DNA of 63,147 nt, filler included, from Conidiobolus incongruus B7586 (Eukaryota): assembly GCA_000697335.1 (NCBI GenBank). It is 9 parts of 9 records of this genome, joined end to end, with 100 filler letters (N's around TTAATTAATTAA, not from the genome) between each part and the next. Parts side by side here need not be neighbours in the genome. Positions count along the whole stretch, not along the records: positions 23,510 to 46,152 come from JNEM01005997.1; 8 more parts are not named here. One strand, given 5' to 3'. Position 1 is the stretch's first letter. Every line of letters starts with the position of its first letter. Positions 28,829-42,358 of this stretch are shown one piece after another. The notes under the pieces were generated by a model. The model was not told the DNA's origin. It ran no database searches and saw nothing but the letters and a program-made list of their open reading frames with translations. A program made the translations under genes and the position numbers.

Positions 28829-30261
28829 TTAGATCTTGGGATTTTGCATCAATTGTACAACATCCCAGCTATTGTTCATGACTCCTCTATAATTCCAAAT
28901 GGGTTCTTTAGGTTGTGTATTAGAAGAGGAATCCCCTAAAAATGATGATTAAAATATGCTTTATGTGTTTTCGTTGAATATAACTTACAAGCTCTGCAGA
29001 TAATTTTAGAGACATTTTTCAAAGATTCAACTTCAACTTGCCACAGACACCATGACCAGTATCCGTGTCCAGTTTTTTCTTGATGTAATTTGGCAATTAA
29101 CCAAGTTTGGCCCAAATCTAATGAGACTTCAACTCTAGTAATCTTCCTGCCACCACCAGAAATAGCATAACCTTTAATAATATTGGAATCGATTAAAGGA
29201 TTTTGTTCGGAAGGAGTACAGATAACGGATTGAACATTCATTTCTTGAATTGATTCACAGCGATCCCAATACTCTTCAAGATTTGTTTCATTAGCCTAAT
29301 TCATTTAATTCTGTTAGCAAAAAATCATTATTTAATGAAGGATAAAAATTTACCTCTGGTGGTAATATTTTATAATCTCTTTGTTGGTAATATGAAGGGC
29401 TTTCCTTTTCTCTGATCTCTATTTTGTTTAAGTATTTAACTGATCTAGCACCAATAACACCTAAACAAAGTTAGTATGTTATATATAATATTTGAAAAAT
29501 TAGCTCAACTTACCTGGCACAATCATCCTTACTGGATAACCGTGATCTCTAGATATAACCTCATCATTCATTTCATAAGCTAAAATAACATCTTTGCAAG
29601 GATCCATAGCGCATTCTAAAGGGATGCTACTACCGTATACCTTGTCTTCTTCGCAAGGTCCAAATGATTCCATCCAAACGTGAAGGTTCTTTCCCTTCCA
29701 TTCATGTCCGTCTGCGGATAAACCAGCTTCGATGAGGATTTCACGGAGGGGAGCACCAGTCCAGTATGAATTAGCGATGGTACCAGGACCCCAAATGACA
29801 CCTTTAACCTTTTTGACTTTGTCTAATCCATTACGACGATTACCTGCGCACTGTTTCTATTTTAATTGGAATACTCAAATTGGATTAGTTTAACTTACTT
29901 GGAGAGCTGCCAAAATTCTAAGTTTACTATACTTCTTTTTCAGAGCGTCCATAGATAAATCGAAAGGCTTAGGAACAAGGCCACATATAGATACTTTATG
30001 GGTGTTGGCATCAATGAGAGGGATCGGACCGTGATTTCTCTTGAAGAAAACATCTTTGTTGGTGATATATTCTTCTACCAACTGCTTGAGAGGTGGTTCG
30101 GCATTAAAAGGAGTCTGACCTCTAACAATTAATTGTTTGTTAGGACGGTCTGGTTCATATGGGAACTTGAGCTCGTTTTTTTTGGAAGGTGGGAGATCCC
30201 AGTGGGCCTTAGCCTCTCCTACTTCATAGATGCTTTGGTCATTTTTAGTCGTATAGGACAT
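28829..30261 (-). CDS. Sulfite oxidase (Moco and dimerisation domains, no cytochrome b5 domain), 5 exons
   Basis: PFNAEPP, FFKRNHGPIP, LQ/CAGNRR (Moco Cys), LAYEMN, DHGYPVRMIVPG/VIGARSVKYL, QQRDY, GYAISGGGRKITRVEVS, WNYRGVMNNSW. Arg in WNYRG is sulfite-oxidase type. Confidence 0.92.
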
Positions 30262-31007
30262 ATTTATTAGAATTCTTTAGAATCAAATTTAAAATATTGA
30301 ATTTAAATTAATTAAAATGGGGTAAATCGAATATTTATACCAATCATTCAGTCAATCCCAATTTGGCAATCCAGTCCACTAAAATTTCATTTTATCCAAC
30401 TTCAATCAATTTCAATAAAAATAGATTACACATAGCTATTCAGATGATTTAATTATTGGTTGGATATTTGCAAATAGAAATCAAACTATTTTTTAAATAC
30501 CAAAAAATTCTATTGCTAAATGCTGTAATCTCATTTCATTTTTATTTATGTATTTCATTTTTAAAAACTGTGACGAAACAATATTGGTTTTTTATAATAG
30601 ATTTACAAACATTGATTATTGTATGTTGATCAAATTAAGGAAAGTTTCAAATTGATCAGGAGAGTAAAATCTTTGATTAGAAATTTTATTGAAAAATGAT
30701 GTCTATTTAAATAATATCATGTTGAGTAAATGAGTAAAATAATAAAAAGAGCCCAAGTGCATATATATATCAGTTTATTCTAATAATCTTTTATAGTTAC
30801 TTTGTAAAACGTGACTAATCAAATATCTAACTAATTGGGACATTAATGTGGTTAATTGTTGGGACACAGTATGAGAATTCGGGGCGGATTAATATTATTA
30901 AAACTGTGAAATATTATTGAAAAGATATCAAAAATAGTGATTATTTAAATGATTAATGAGAATATTTTAGATTTTTTTATTAACAATATCAATTTTTCAA
31001 AATCAAT

Positions 31008-33541
31008 GGGCCAACTCAAATCTATCCTAATTACTGATTTTCCCAGTTTTTTTGATAAATGTTAAAAATGTGCTCAAATGTGACCCAAAAAGAAAATTCA
31101 GTGACTTTTTCCCACAATCTACTCTAAAATAGTTGCGACCATAATAAAGTCTTTCAAGTATTCCTCTTCTCGAGTCAAAAAATATATAGTATTTATTGAA
31201 ATGATCTTATTAGTTTTATTTTTTTGCTATGTCTAACATAAAAGAAATGATAAAGTTCCTTATTACCTTTGGTATAGTTGACTTTAATGAGAATTTAAAT
31301 GATCCAGCAATTTTAAGATTATTATATGAATTAAAAACCTTAAGATACATATCTCTACACTTGCTATATACACTATACTTGCTATAGTAGTTTATACATG
31401 AATTTCCTTCTGAAGAAAATGATTTAAAAAAATAAATAAATATATTAAAGGTGAAGTTTTTCTAACTTGCTAATATTTTACAATCACATATAAATTTCAT
31501 TTCTTCTTATCAAAGAAAATAAGTACCTTTAGAAACTTAATTAGTAGTTACACTTTACTAAGTTACAAAAAAGTATATTTAAAAGATATAGCAAAAAAGT
31601 TCTAAATAAGAGAAGGAATTGTTATTTTATATATTAAAAGGGTAATATACTCTATTAGAAAGAAATTAAATGATCAAATAATTTAGCTAGAATATAATTA
31701 TAATATAAAAGAATTTTATTTAAAATAACTCCCTTTTAATAATTATATTAGTTATTTAAATGGTTGTTATATTATACTTAAAAATTATTTTACATTTTAT
31801 ACCCAGTTATATTATAAAAAAAATATGTATAACTTTTAATATATAGTTGTTATATTATTTTTAAATAAATTTATATATTTTAAGTTTAGAAAACTTAAAT
31901 TATTTTTTAACTTTAATATTTTAAAAGTATTTAAATTATTGAATAATTTAAATAAATATTTTAAATAAAAAAATATATTTTTGTAGATAATAGTAAATAA
32001 TATAATTAGTTTATATTTAAGTTAATTTATTATTAATAATAAATAGATATCTTTATTTAATTTTTGTTTTTAATAAATTATACTAATAATAAATTTATAG
32101 TTATTTTATTTTGAAGAAATTAAATTAAAGTTGCTTAATCTTTTATAAAATAAAAAATAAAAGAATTTAATATTATATATTATAAAAGGTAATTTATAGT
32201 GGAAAAAACTTTTAGTATTTAAAAAGCTATCTTTTTTTATTTAAGATTATTATCTTATTATATACAAAACACAGAAGCTTATTAATTTGTTGTTATATTT
32301 ATATATATAACTACTTTTTTTATAACTTTATTTCTTTTAATAAATAAGATTATAATTTAAAAAAAGGAATTAAAAGAGAAATTAGTGAAAATATTAATAT
32401 TAATAATAATAAGTAAAATATAATCAACATATATAATAGCTTTACTAATTTAAATAAATCATAAGTAATAATATTATCATAAATTAATATTTAGTTAATT
32501 ATTTTAAATATATTCTTTTAATTATATTTTATTTTATAATAAAAATCATATAAATTAATTATTTTTCTTAAAATTTTTTTATATTAATTATAAAAGTTTT
32601 TTAGTTATAAATTGTTATTGTTTTAATAGTTATAACTAACATTCTTTTTATAGTTATTATAGCTTAATTTATTATCTTAAAATTTTATTTTGCTCTTGTA
32701 TACTTTCTATATAATTTTAAAAAAAAGGGAAAATTAAGTATTATTTTTTATACTTTTAAAGCTTTTACTTAAAAAAAAAATAATAAAATATAAAAATTAC
32801 TACTATTTTATTCTTTATTATTTAAGGGATTTAATTCCTTAAAATAAAATTAATTATATGATGAAAAAGTTATGAAAGTTATATTAAAGGCTTTAAAAAC
32901 TAAATTATCTTGTGTTATAATAATATTAACTATTATAAACAAAAGGTTATTTTTACCATATTATTTACTTATTAAAATTTATTCAATAGTTTTAAATTTA
33001 TAAATAAGGGTTCTTGTATGATTAAATATTTTATTAAGCTTCCTTCTTAACTTTATATAATTTACTTTTTTTAAAATAAAGATAAAGTTATATATTTGAA
33101 AAAAAGCATTTAAATTATTAAAATACTAAGATTCATAATTTTCCTTTCCCTTAACTAACTAAGTGTAACTTTTATCAAATGTAATTTAGGGGAGTTTTTA
33201 TTACTGTTACTAATATTAATAGTAAATGGCATAAGAGAAAAAAAACAAGATAAAGCTTAAAAGTAATGTTTTTATTAATAAATTTATATGATATTTAATG
33301 TAAAGTAAAAATCAATTAATATAGAATAAAGTTATACTGTTGTAAATGCAATAATAAACTATTAACCTTATTTTTATAGTTTATGGGAGAAAATAATTGA
33401 TTTTATAAATTAAAAAAATCAATAAGCTATTTTTTTGTGACTAATTTTTTTTGATTTTTTTAGCTAGGTGACCAATTTTTTCTAAAACCAAAATTGGTCA
33501 AACTTAAAATTAGAAAAAGTGGGACAAATTTGAGTAGGCTT
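31008..33541 (+). mobile_element. PIF/Harbinger DNA-transposon relic (~2.5 kb), heavily mutated
   Basis: TIRs gggccaactcaaatctatcc (31008-31027) and ggacaaatttgagtaggctt (33522-33541) match 15/20, with AAT on both flanks (possible TSD). 31741-31779 reads NYISYLNGCYIIL, which reverts by transitions alone to NCIGCLDGCHIIL (Harbinger nuclease DG.H motif). Confidence 0.7.
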
Positions 33542-34597
33542 AATAATAGGGTAATTGTTTATTAAGTCATTTTTACATATAACCTAAGTGGAATTTGATT
33601 ATATTCAATTCAATACCAAATTTAAAACTGAAAAATATTAAAGTGATGAATTCAATATATAAAAAATCAATTGAATATAAATGTTGGTGTTAATAGCACA
33701 AAGTATATATTATTTTTATATAGACTGTGTAATCTCAAATATATATACTGTGCAGGCATTTTTGTCATATTTGTAAAGCATAATAAGAGATATATTCAAT
33801 CTTACAATTGCAATTAATATAATATGAATATCACTATCACACTGATAATGATGGTGAATTATAGCAATCAAATTCAAAAAAATATTAATAGATAATGAAA
33901 TAATTAAATGTAATTTTATATTAGTATTAATTGTTTTTTATCGTGATAATAAAAATATTAAACGTTTATTTAATAAATAAATAACTTATTTAAAACTCTT
34001 TTTTAATAATATATCAGAAAATAATAATTCTTCAATAAAATTAGATAAAGTGTGTGAATGATTTCAAAATTAATTTTATTATTTGCATTAATATAACTGC
34101 TAAATTGTTACTTGTTTTATTAATAGACCATAAAAAATATTGAAAATATTAATAGAACGACGGTTTACCAATTATGCTTATAATTTATTTTAATGATAAT
34201 ATTGATTTATGACATCAATTCCGAATTCAATCTCAATTAGTATTTTTTTGATATTAAATTAATTTTGATTTCATCATAATAACGAGACATATAAAAGAAT
34301 GACATATTCAAAAAACATAAATTGGAAAAATTTCATTATATTTTAATATGAAGAAAACCATTTAAATAAAGCCCATTAGTATATATATATTATTCCGTAA
34401 TAATTTATCATTAAATATATAAAAATCGATATAATGGATTTGTAAAAATTAAAAATAATGACGAAAAAAAGATCCCATAAATCAATTTTCCAATTTAAAA
34501 TATAATTTATATATGTAAATCCAAGTCATTAAAAATTATAGTCAAATTCATTAATAAAACCAAAAATAGATATTTATTATTAGAACAATACTTTTAA

Positions 34598-36197
34598 ATG
34601 TTTAATAAAAGAGTCGTTGTAACTGGTTTAGGCCTAGTAACTCCTTTGGGCAATACAGTTGCTTCCAACTGGGCCAAATTAATAGGCTCCCAACATGGTA
34701 TTGTAAATCTTGACCAGTATTACCAATCAAAGAAAGAGAGTTTGAAAGACTCAAAGAACAAAATTGAGTTAGAGAGACTTGAAGAATTGAATATCCCTCA
34801 AAAATCCAGTTCAAGAATTGGTGGTGTTGTTGATTTTGATACCCAGGGTCTCGAGGGTCAATTGGTAATAATATTAACTATTTCATTTGATTTTTAACTA
34901 AATTTTTCATAAGGATGACCGATTGATGCCAAAATTTATTAAATATGGTGTTTCTGCAGCTTATCAAGCTTTAAATGACGCTGCTTGGTTTCCTAAATCT
35001 GAAGATGATTGTCTCAATACTGTATATATTATAATCAATATCCAATTTCATATTTTGACATTATTTAGGGTGTCTGCTTTGGATCGGGAATTGGGTCATT
35101 GATGGATACTGTTAATACATATAAACATTTAGACAATGGAGTAATTTAGCATTATTCATCTTACATAAACATACTTTAACAATTATACTCATTATTTAGA
35201 GTTATAATAAAGTAAGTCCATTTTTCGTTCCTAGAATTTTAGTCAATATGGTTGCTGGCCATATCACCATTAAATATGGTTTCAGAGTAAGTGTCTCATC
35301 CAATCAAACTTAGTGCACTTGTTAAATGAAATCTTTTTATTTAGGGGCCTAATCATTCAGTTTCTACTGCATGCACCACTGGTGCCCATTCTATTGGTGA
35401 CGCATATCGTTTCATTCTCCATGGAGATGCTAAAGTAATGGTAGCTGGTGGCTCCGAGTCTTCTCTTAATCCTCTCTCCTATGCTGGCTTTGGAAGAGCA
35501 AAATCCCTATCGACATCATTTAATGATTCGCCAGGTCTGGCCTCTCGTCCATTTGATTCCAAGCGTGATGGTTTTGTCATTGGTGAGGGTGCTGGTGCCG
35601 TTGTTTTAGAAGAGTTAGAACATGCAAAACAAAGAGGAGCACGCATCTATGCTGAAGTGAAGGGTTATGGTCTATCTGGGGATGCACATCATATCACCTC
35701 ACCTCCTGATGATGCCAGAGGTGCTTATAGAGCAATGCAAAGAGCTTTAGAAACTGCTCAACTTAGACCTGAGCAACTTGGTTATATCAATGCTCATGCT
35801 ACTTCAACTCCCAAAGGTATATATTAAATCTTTTTAGTTTAATAATTATTAATAATGTTTTTTAGGCGATGCTTTGGAACGACTAGCCATTGAAAGATTA
35901 TTCGGCTCATCAGCCCATTTGAGAGATCAAAAATTAGCAGTTTCATCATCTAAAGGGGCGATTGGACATCTATTAGGAGCTGCTGGAGCTGTAGAATCTA
36001 TTTACACCATCTTAGCATTGCACCATGGGATCTTGCCACCTACTTTAAATCTTGAAAACCCTGAACCTTCTCAAACTGGTATGGAAATTAATTTAGTTCC
36101 TCAAACATCTCAAAAGAGTGACATTAAATATGCTCTAAGCAATTCTTTTGGATTTGGAGGCACTAATGCTAGTTTGTGTTTTGGTAAATTCGAATAA
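34598..36197 (+). CDS. CEM1: Mitochondrial 3-oxoacyl-[ACP] synthase (FabF-like), multi-exon
   Basis: [32 protein letters not shown] (catalytic Cys), [51 protein letters not shown]. Confidence 0.95.
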
Positions 36198-36880
36198 TCT
36201 AAAAAATTTAAAGTAATGATAATCCAATAAATTCGAAAATCAAGATTAATAAATTTATTTGTTTATTACGATTTATAAAATATATTATTTCATTGGAACT
36301 TAAAAAACTTCCATTGATCTACTATACCGTCTAATACCTAATATTATTCATAGGGATATTGTATTCTGATTGAAACAGTACTTTATATATGTATGGTGAT
36401 TTCTATTTCTTATTGTACTAATATTTTATTCTACTATCAACCCAACTAATCATTATACTCACTTTATGTGTATAAATTCGATTACAAAGTTCTGTATACT
36501 AACTTATTAAGCCACTCATTAAAAATGCATTAGTGATCAATTATACAGGGTCACTAAATTATAAATAGTACATGCCCAATTACAAATTTATGACCTAATC
36601 AACAACTTTCACATGATAATATGCTGTATCATACCATATCCCATAATAATTTCTAAATTCGGATTATCAGTTGTATTTAATATTACCTTATAAAAATATT
36701 AAATAAATCAATACCCCTAATACATTATTATTCTTTTTTTTAAATTATAATATCTATTAATTTTTAAAATATTATATTATCAATTTCTTCATTGATATAA
36801 AAAATTTTAAAGTTTTAGTTTAAATTTTTATAAATTTTTTTTTAAATCAATACCTGTGTTTATAACAAATTCAATTTAAG

Positions 36881-38384
36881 ATGCAATCAACAAATAGAAA
36901 ATATGTGACTGAGAGTAATGCATACGATAAAAATATTAAATATGTTTAATGTTAACTTAAATATATTACCTAGTTGCTTTATTTCTAGTCTCGCAAGTTT
37001 TATTTTTCTATGGTTTAAAGTACGTTATGTCCAGCTTAGACCCTTCTAGAGAAAAGAGAAAAGAAGCCGAAGCCAGAGCTAGAACTTTATTAGATCGTTA
37101 TGGAGTAAGTATTTATTATTTTATATTTTTATTGTTATTTATAATTTTATAGATTAAAGATTTGAAATTAACTGATTATGAACAAATTATCGCTACAGAA
37201 TTAGTTCATCCAGACGAAATTTGTACTACTTTTGAAGGTATAAAAATATTTCAAATGAATATGTTAGGGATTTATTAACCATTATAATTTTATTTTAGAT
37301 ATTGGAGGTATTTTCACTATGCCTTTATTCAATATCTGAATTTTATTTATTTATATAATATTATTAATTTTAGGTTTAAACCATATTATTGACGATTTAA
37401 ACGAAACTGTTATTTATCCTTTGCGCTATCCCGAATTATTTTCTCAGTCTAACTCTTTGTTAACTCCTCCTAAAGGTGTTTTGTTGTATGGTCCTCCAGG
37501 TAATTATTAAAATGTTCTCAATAATTGAACCTAGTTTAATGATTATCTATTCAAAGGTTGTGGTAAAACCATGTTAGCTAAAGCTTTGGCCAAAGAATCT
37601 GGTGCCGCCTTCATTAATATGAAAGTATCGACTTTAACCGATAAATGGTATGGCGAATCCAACAAATTGGTCGCTGCCCTCTTTTCTTTAGCCTATAAAA
37701 TTCAACCTTGTATTATATTTATCGATGAAATCGACTCCTTCTTAAGGGAAAGAAGATCTAATGATCATGAAGTCACAGGAATGTTAAAAGCTGAATTTAT
37801 GACCCTTTGGGACGGCCTTACAACTGGTTCCAATACTAGAATTATGGTATATTAATATATATTTGATTATTGTTTTGCAAATGTTAATTAACTATTGTAA
37901 TAGATTCTGGGTGCTACCAATCGTCCAACTGATATTGGTAATTTATCATCTAGAAATGTGTATTCAATTAGTATCTAATAATATGTTTATAGATCAAGCT
38001 ATTTTAAGGAGAATGCCAAAGAAATTCAGCATTCAGCCACCTCAAAAGGAACAACGTAATGCTATTTTGAGACTCATTCTCAAAGACTCCAAGCTTACTC
38101 CCGATTTTGACTTTGACCTGTTGGCCGAAGTCACTGAAGGACTTTCTGGCAGTGATCTTAAGGAAGTGTGTCGAGATGCTTCAATGATTCCTATTAAAGA
38201 GTGCATCAAGCTCCAGCGTTCTGAATCCAACCAATCATATCAAGGCGAGCCTTTAGAAGCGCGTCCCCTCAGAACAAATGACGTTTTAGAGTCGGCTTTG
38301 CGTTTGGGACACATTCATTCAGATGATAAGTTGAATAATTTAATTAATCACAAAGTGCCATTACCTGAGGAACCCCAAGATTAA
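36881..38384 (+). CDS. MSP1: Membrane-anchored AAA+ dislocase Msp1/ATAD1, multi-exon
   Basis: N-terminal TM segment, [35 protein letters not shown] (Walker A), [19 protein letters not shown] (Walker B), [18 protein letters not shown]. Confidence 0.95.
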
Positions 38385-39665
38385 TTCACAATAGTTATAA
38401 TCGTCAATTTCAAGTTCAAATAATTCAAATTAATACAAATAAATTAAATATACCACTTTTTATGATATTAATAATTATTCTTTATCAAAAATAGCTCATA
38501 TTTTTTGACTATTTGATTCCAATCAAAGATTTATCAGTTAAATTACTATTTGAATTGATGCATCTATTTATAACAAGTTTTCAATTTGTTTGACACAGAA
38601 TTATCAGTATTAAATTATAAACTATCAATACCTAAACTCAATTAATGATATTATATTAATTTTCATTATTGATCACCTGTAATAAAACATATTTTTACAA
38701 ATTATTTCAATAAAAAAATCAAATATTATTAATTCAAAATATTTGCTATATATCAATTAGGTTGAATATTAAATTATTTAACAAGATAATGAAAATAACA
38801 AAATTATTCTAGTTTCATCGCATAATAAATAAAAGCAATTACATCATTTTTCAAAGTACTTTTAATTTAAGAATGATAAGGTAATTTAAAAAATTAGCCA
38901 CAATATTTCATATCAACTTCTTTTATTAATTAATAAATCATAAATATCTCAGAATAATCATTGCACCATTATTATTTATATATGATCACGAATCCAAAAC
39001 TTTAACTTCTAGAATATTTATTATTTATAAACTATATTTTATTAACAATATACAATACTATTAAGTAAAAACCATATATAACATAACTAAAATATTATAT
39101 CAAACAATACTAAATATTTTAATTAATAGGAAATAATTTTTATAAAATTTTATTAATGCATAAATTGAATTAGAAATTTAAATGATTTAAAAAATTGAAA
39201 TTAGACCATATATCCTCAACAAATGACTTAAATACAATTCAATCAAACTCGATAAATTTTTAAGATATTTTGAAATGAACATTTATATTGAATTAGGAGG
39301 TTCTTTGGAGGATATTTCAATTAACATTCGAATATAAGTGATAAAGAGATTATCAATTTATGTAATTTACTAAATTTCTTAAAGGAATTAATGCCACAAA
39401 CCCATCATCTAATATAACCTTATACAATTTATCTTATTGGTGATTACTGTTATAATTTCATTACACTAAATAATCAGTTAACTGGATTGGGCAGATAAAT
39501 GGAGTGATCAATAATCAAATAATAACTATTTGGATCAAATTTTTATTCGCATTAAATTTATCTTTTGGCTATAACTCTGGTTATCAACCAGAATATAAAT
39601 ACCTCATTGAAGTTTAATTAAGTCAATTTTTTAAATTAGTGAACATTAATTTGATAATAAAAATT

Positions 39666-40602
39666 ATGAAATTAATTCATTATTTGATAATTTTGCAATT
39701 ATTTTTATTTGGTATTGTTATTGGATTAGGTAAATTATTTTTAATACACTTTGAATATGATATTCATTGGGTTTAATAGATGATGCCAATAATAATAATA
39801 ATAATTCTACTCAAGTTAATAATGGAAAGAGTAGGCAAAACTCTGACAATATTATCGATAGTAATAGTGTAAATAATGAGAATAAAAATTTTAATGATTC
39901 TGAATCGAAATCTGATAATAATAATAATAATAATCAAGATAAAAAGTCTGAGGAGCAGAATAAAGAGGAGAAAAAAACAGAGGAAAAAGATAAGGAAGAG
40001 AAAAAGCCAGATGAAAAGGATAATGATGATAATGTCAAAGTTAGTGCTAAAGACAGGTTGGGCGTATCCATTGAATTGGTGAAGCCGGTGAGATGGGAAG
40101 CTGTTCAAGGCATTCTATTCGCCATTGGAGAAACTGTTGAATTTGAATGGAAGTGGGCCAAAGATGTCAAACCCAAGAAAAATCCCAAGGGCTTCAATCT
40201 ATTAGCCGTGAGGTATGTCTCCGGAAATATTGCAAGATACCCGATTGCTACCAATCTATCAGCTTCGACTTTCAAATATACATTGGATGCCAAATCGGAA
40301 AACAACACTAAGTTAATTGAATCTTTTGTAGAAGCTAGCGATTATCTACTATATATCTACGACTCGGCCAACGGAGACAATTATTTAGGAACAAATGGTA
40401 CTTTTCATCCTTTTAACGTGAGGATGAAATTATATCGATCTCGTACACGTAAGTGAATTTAATAACATACTTCTCCATTGTACTAAATTTTAGATAATTT
40501 TTAGCAAGTGGATTTCTATTCAATGATGCCAGACAAGGTATCGTCACTTCATACATTATACCTTTCTTGGCTTTATTTCCAATAGCATATTTAATATACT
40601 AA
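39666..40602 (+). CDS. Predicted secreted, GPI-anchored protein with Asn/Lys/Glu-rich linker and conserved-looking fungal beta domain, 3 exons
   Basis: Exon 1 encodes signal peptide MKLIHYLIILQLFLFGIVIGL and splices into the 229-aa ORF. The last exon gives PSGFLFNDARQGIVTSYIIPFLALFPIAYLIY* (small-residue omega site and hydrophobic tail). Confidence 0.75.
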
Positions 40603-42358
40603 ATTTACTAATCAAGTTCAATATTCAATAATATTTGGTATTAGTTTATATTTGTGAATAAAAATTTTTAAAATTTCATTATATTTTTGGATGATAATCT
40701 CATTCATTTATATAAGTTAATTTATACCAATAATTTCTACTTTTTTAACAGAGCATTTATCACCTACTAATTAAAATTATAATAACAAAGGAAAATATAA
40801 TTTAATTTTATGATATTATCCAATAATTATTTTAACAGGACAAACAATAATTTTAGAAACATTTCAGTATTAATGAATAGTTGAGGATTATTATACATAA
40901 TCATCAAAGTAATCATTAAATTGATTCAAATTTTTATTTTGAGAGTTAATTTACATGTAATTCAAAAATAAAATGCATTTACTTTTTATTAGAGTTTATA
41001 TAGATTTACTCTAATTGAAGTAAATATATTGAAAAATTTAGACCAGGCATCAATATATAATTAGGGATAGTAAGTAAATTATTGGAAAAGTCGAAACATC
41101 TGGTCTAGTTAAATAGTTTTATAAGTTTCAACGTCCTTTAATTTATATATCATCATACAATTTTAATATATTCCAAACTATTCAGATATCACAAATATCG
41201 CAAAATAATTGGTACTTGAAAGCAAAAACAGTCACAATATGAATTAAATTGTTGAGGTATTTGTAAGGTATAGTTTTATATCAATTTCGTAATATATGTT
41301 TTTCTCCAGGTATATGATCTATTTAATGTCAAACGAGAAATGCTGATTGGAAAATTGATTGACCCAACTATTATAGTTTTAATATGGATATTTTATTGAT
41401 CATATATTAGACTCGAGTTATATATATTATTAGTAATAATAGCATTATAAGGCTATTAACAAATGATACACTTTTAAAATATGAATTAATAATAAAACTA
41501 TGTCTATGACTAAATAAGATCAGACATTTTCTAATTATCGAATCCATTTGTGGTAATCAATCTTTCAACATCACTTCGGATTTTACAAATTTCGATAGTA
41601 CATTCAAATAATAAGAATAATATTAACTATCTTCTACGAATTCAAGCCTTAAATTCAATGTTATATTTTGATATATATTCCAAGGTACTTCAATACTAAT
41701 GGAATTATGAAATTGATACTGCTCTTGTTCATAAGGATTATTATATCAACTTTAATGAAAGATAGTTTTCAATGTTTTTAATTCAGTTTTATAAAAAATT
41801 CAAAATTCAATTGAAGACATTTAGTATAATCGATCAATATATAATAATGCTGAATGTTAAAATAATATTATACTGATTTTGAGTTATTCAATTTACAATA
41901 AAAGTAAAATATTCAACACAAAAGTATGTGATCAGTCAAAATAGAATTTCAACAAGTGGAAATATTTAATTAGTCATAATAGCTTCGAATATTCAATTTT
42001 TGTAAGAAATGGATTATATAAAGCTGAATTTTTAATTAGGTTATAACTTATAAAAGATATTATGATTATTTTAGAGAATGTTAAATAAAACTGTTAGTAA
42101 ATTTAATAAAAAATATTCAATATTATTATTTCATAAAATATTTTAATTTTATCATTTTCTCATGAAATCAATGTTCAAATGTTTAATGAGAGACTTGACT
42201 TATTTAAGGGGTTTCCAAAAATGGAAATATCGGAACTCATTTATTAATAATCAACCAATAATACTATTAACTATCCAGTATCAAAATAAGTATATAAAAG
42301 ATCAAATGGTACTTCACTTCCTTACTCTTTCATCAAATTATAAATACTATTAATTAGT

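Noticed and set aside
28829..30261. Nitrate reductase
   Set aside because: No b5 or FAD domains, and active-site residues (QQRDY, WNYRG) are sulfite-oxidase type.
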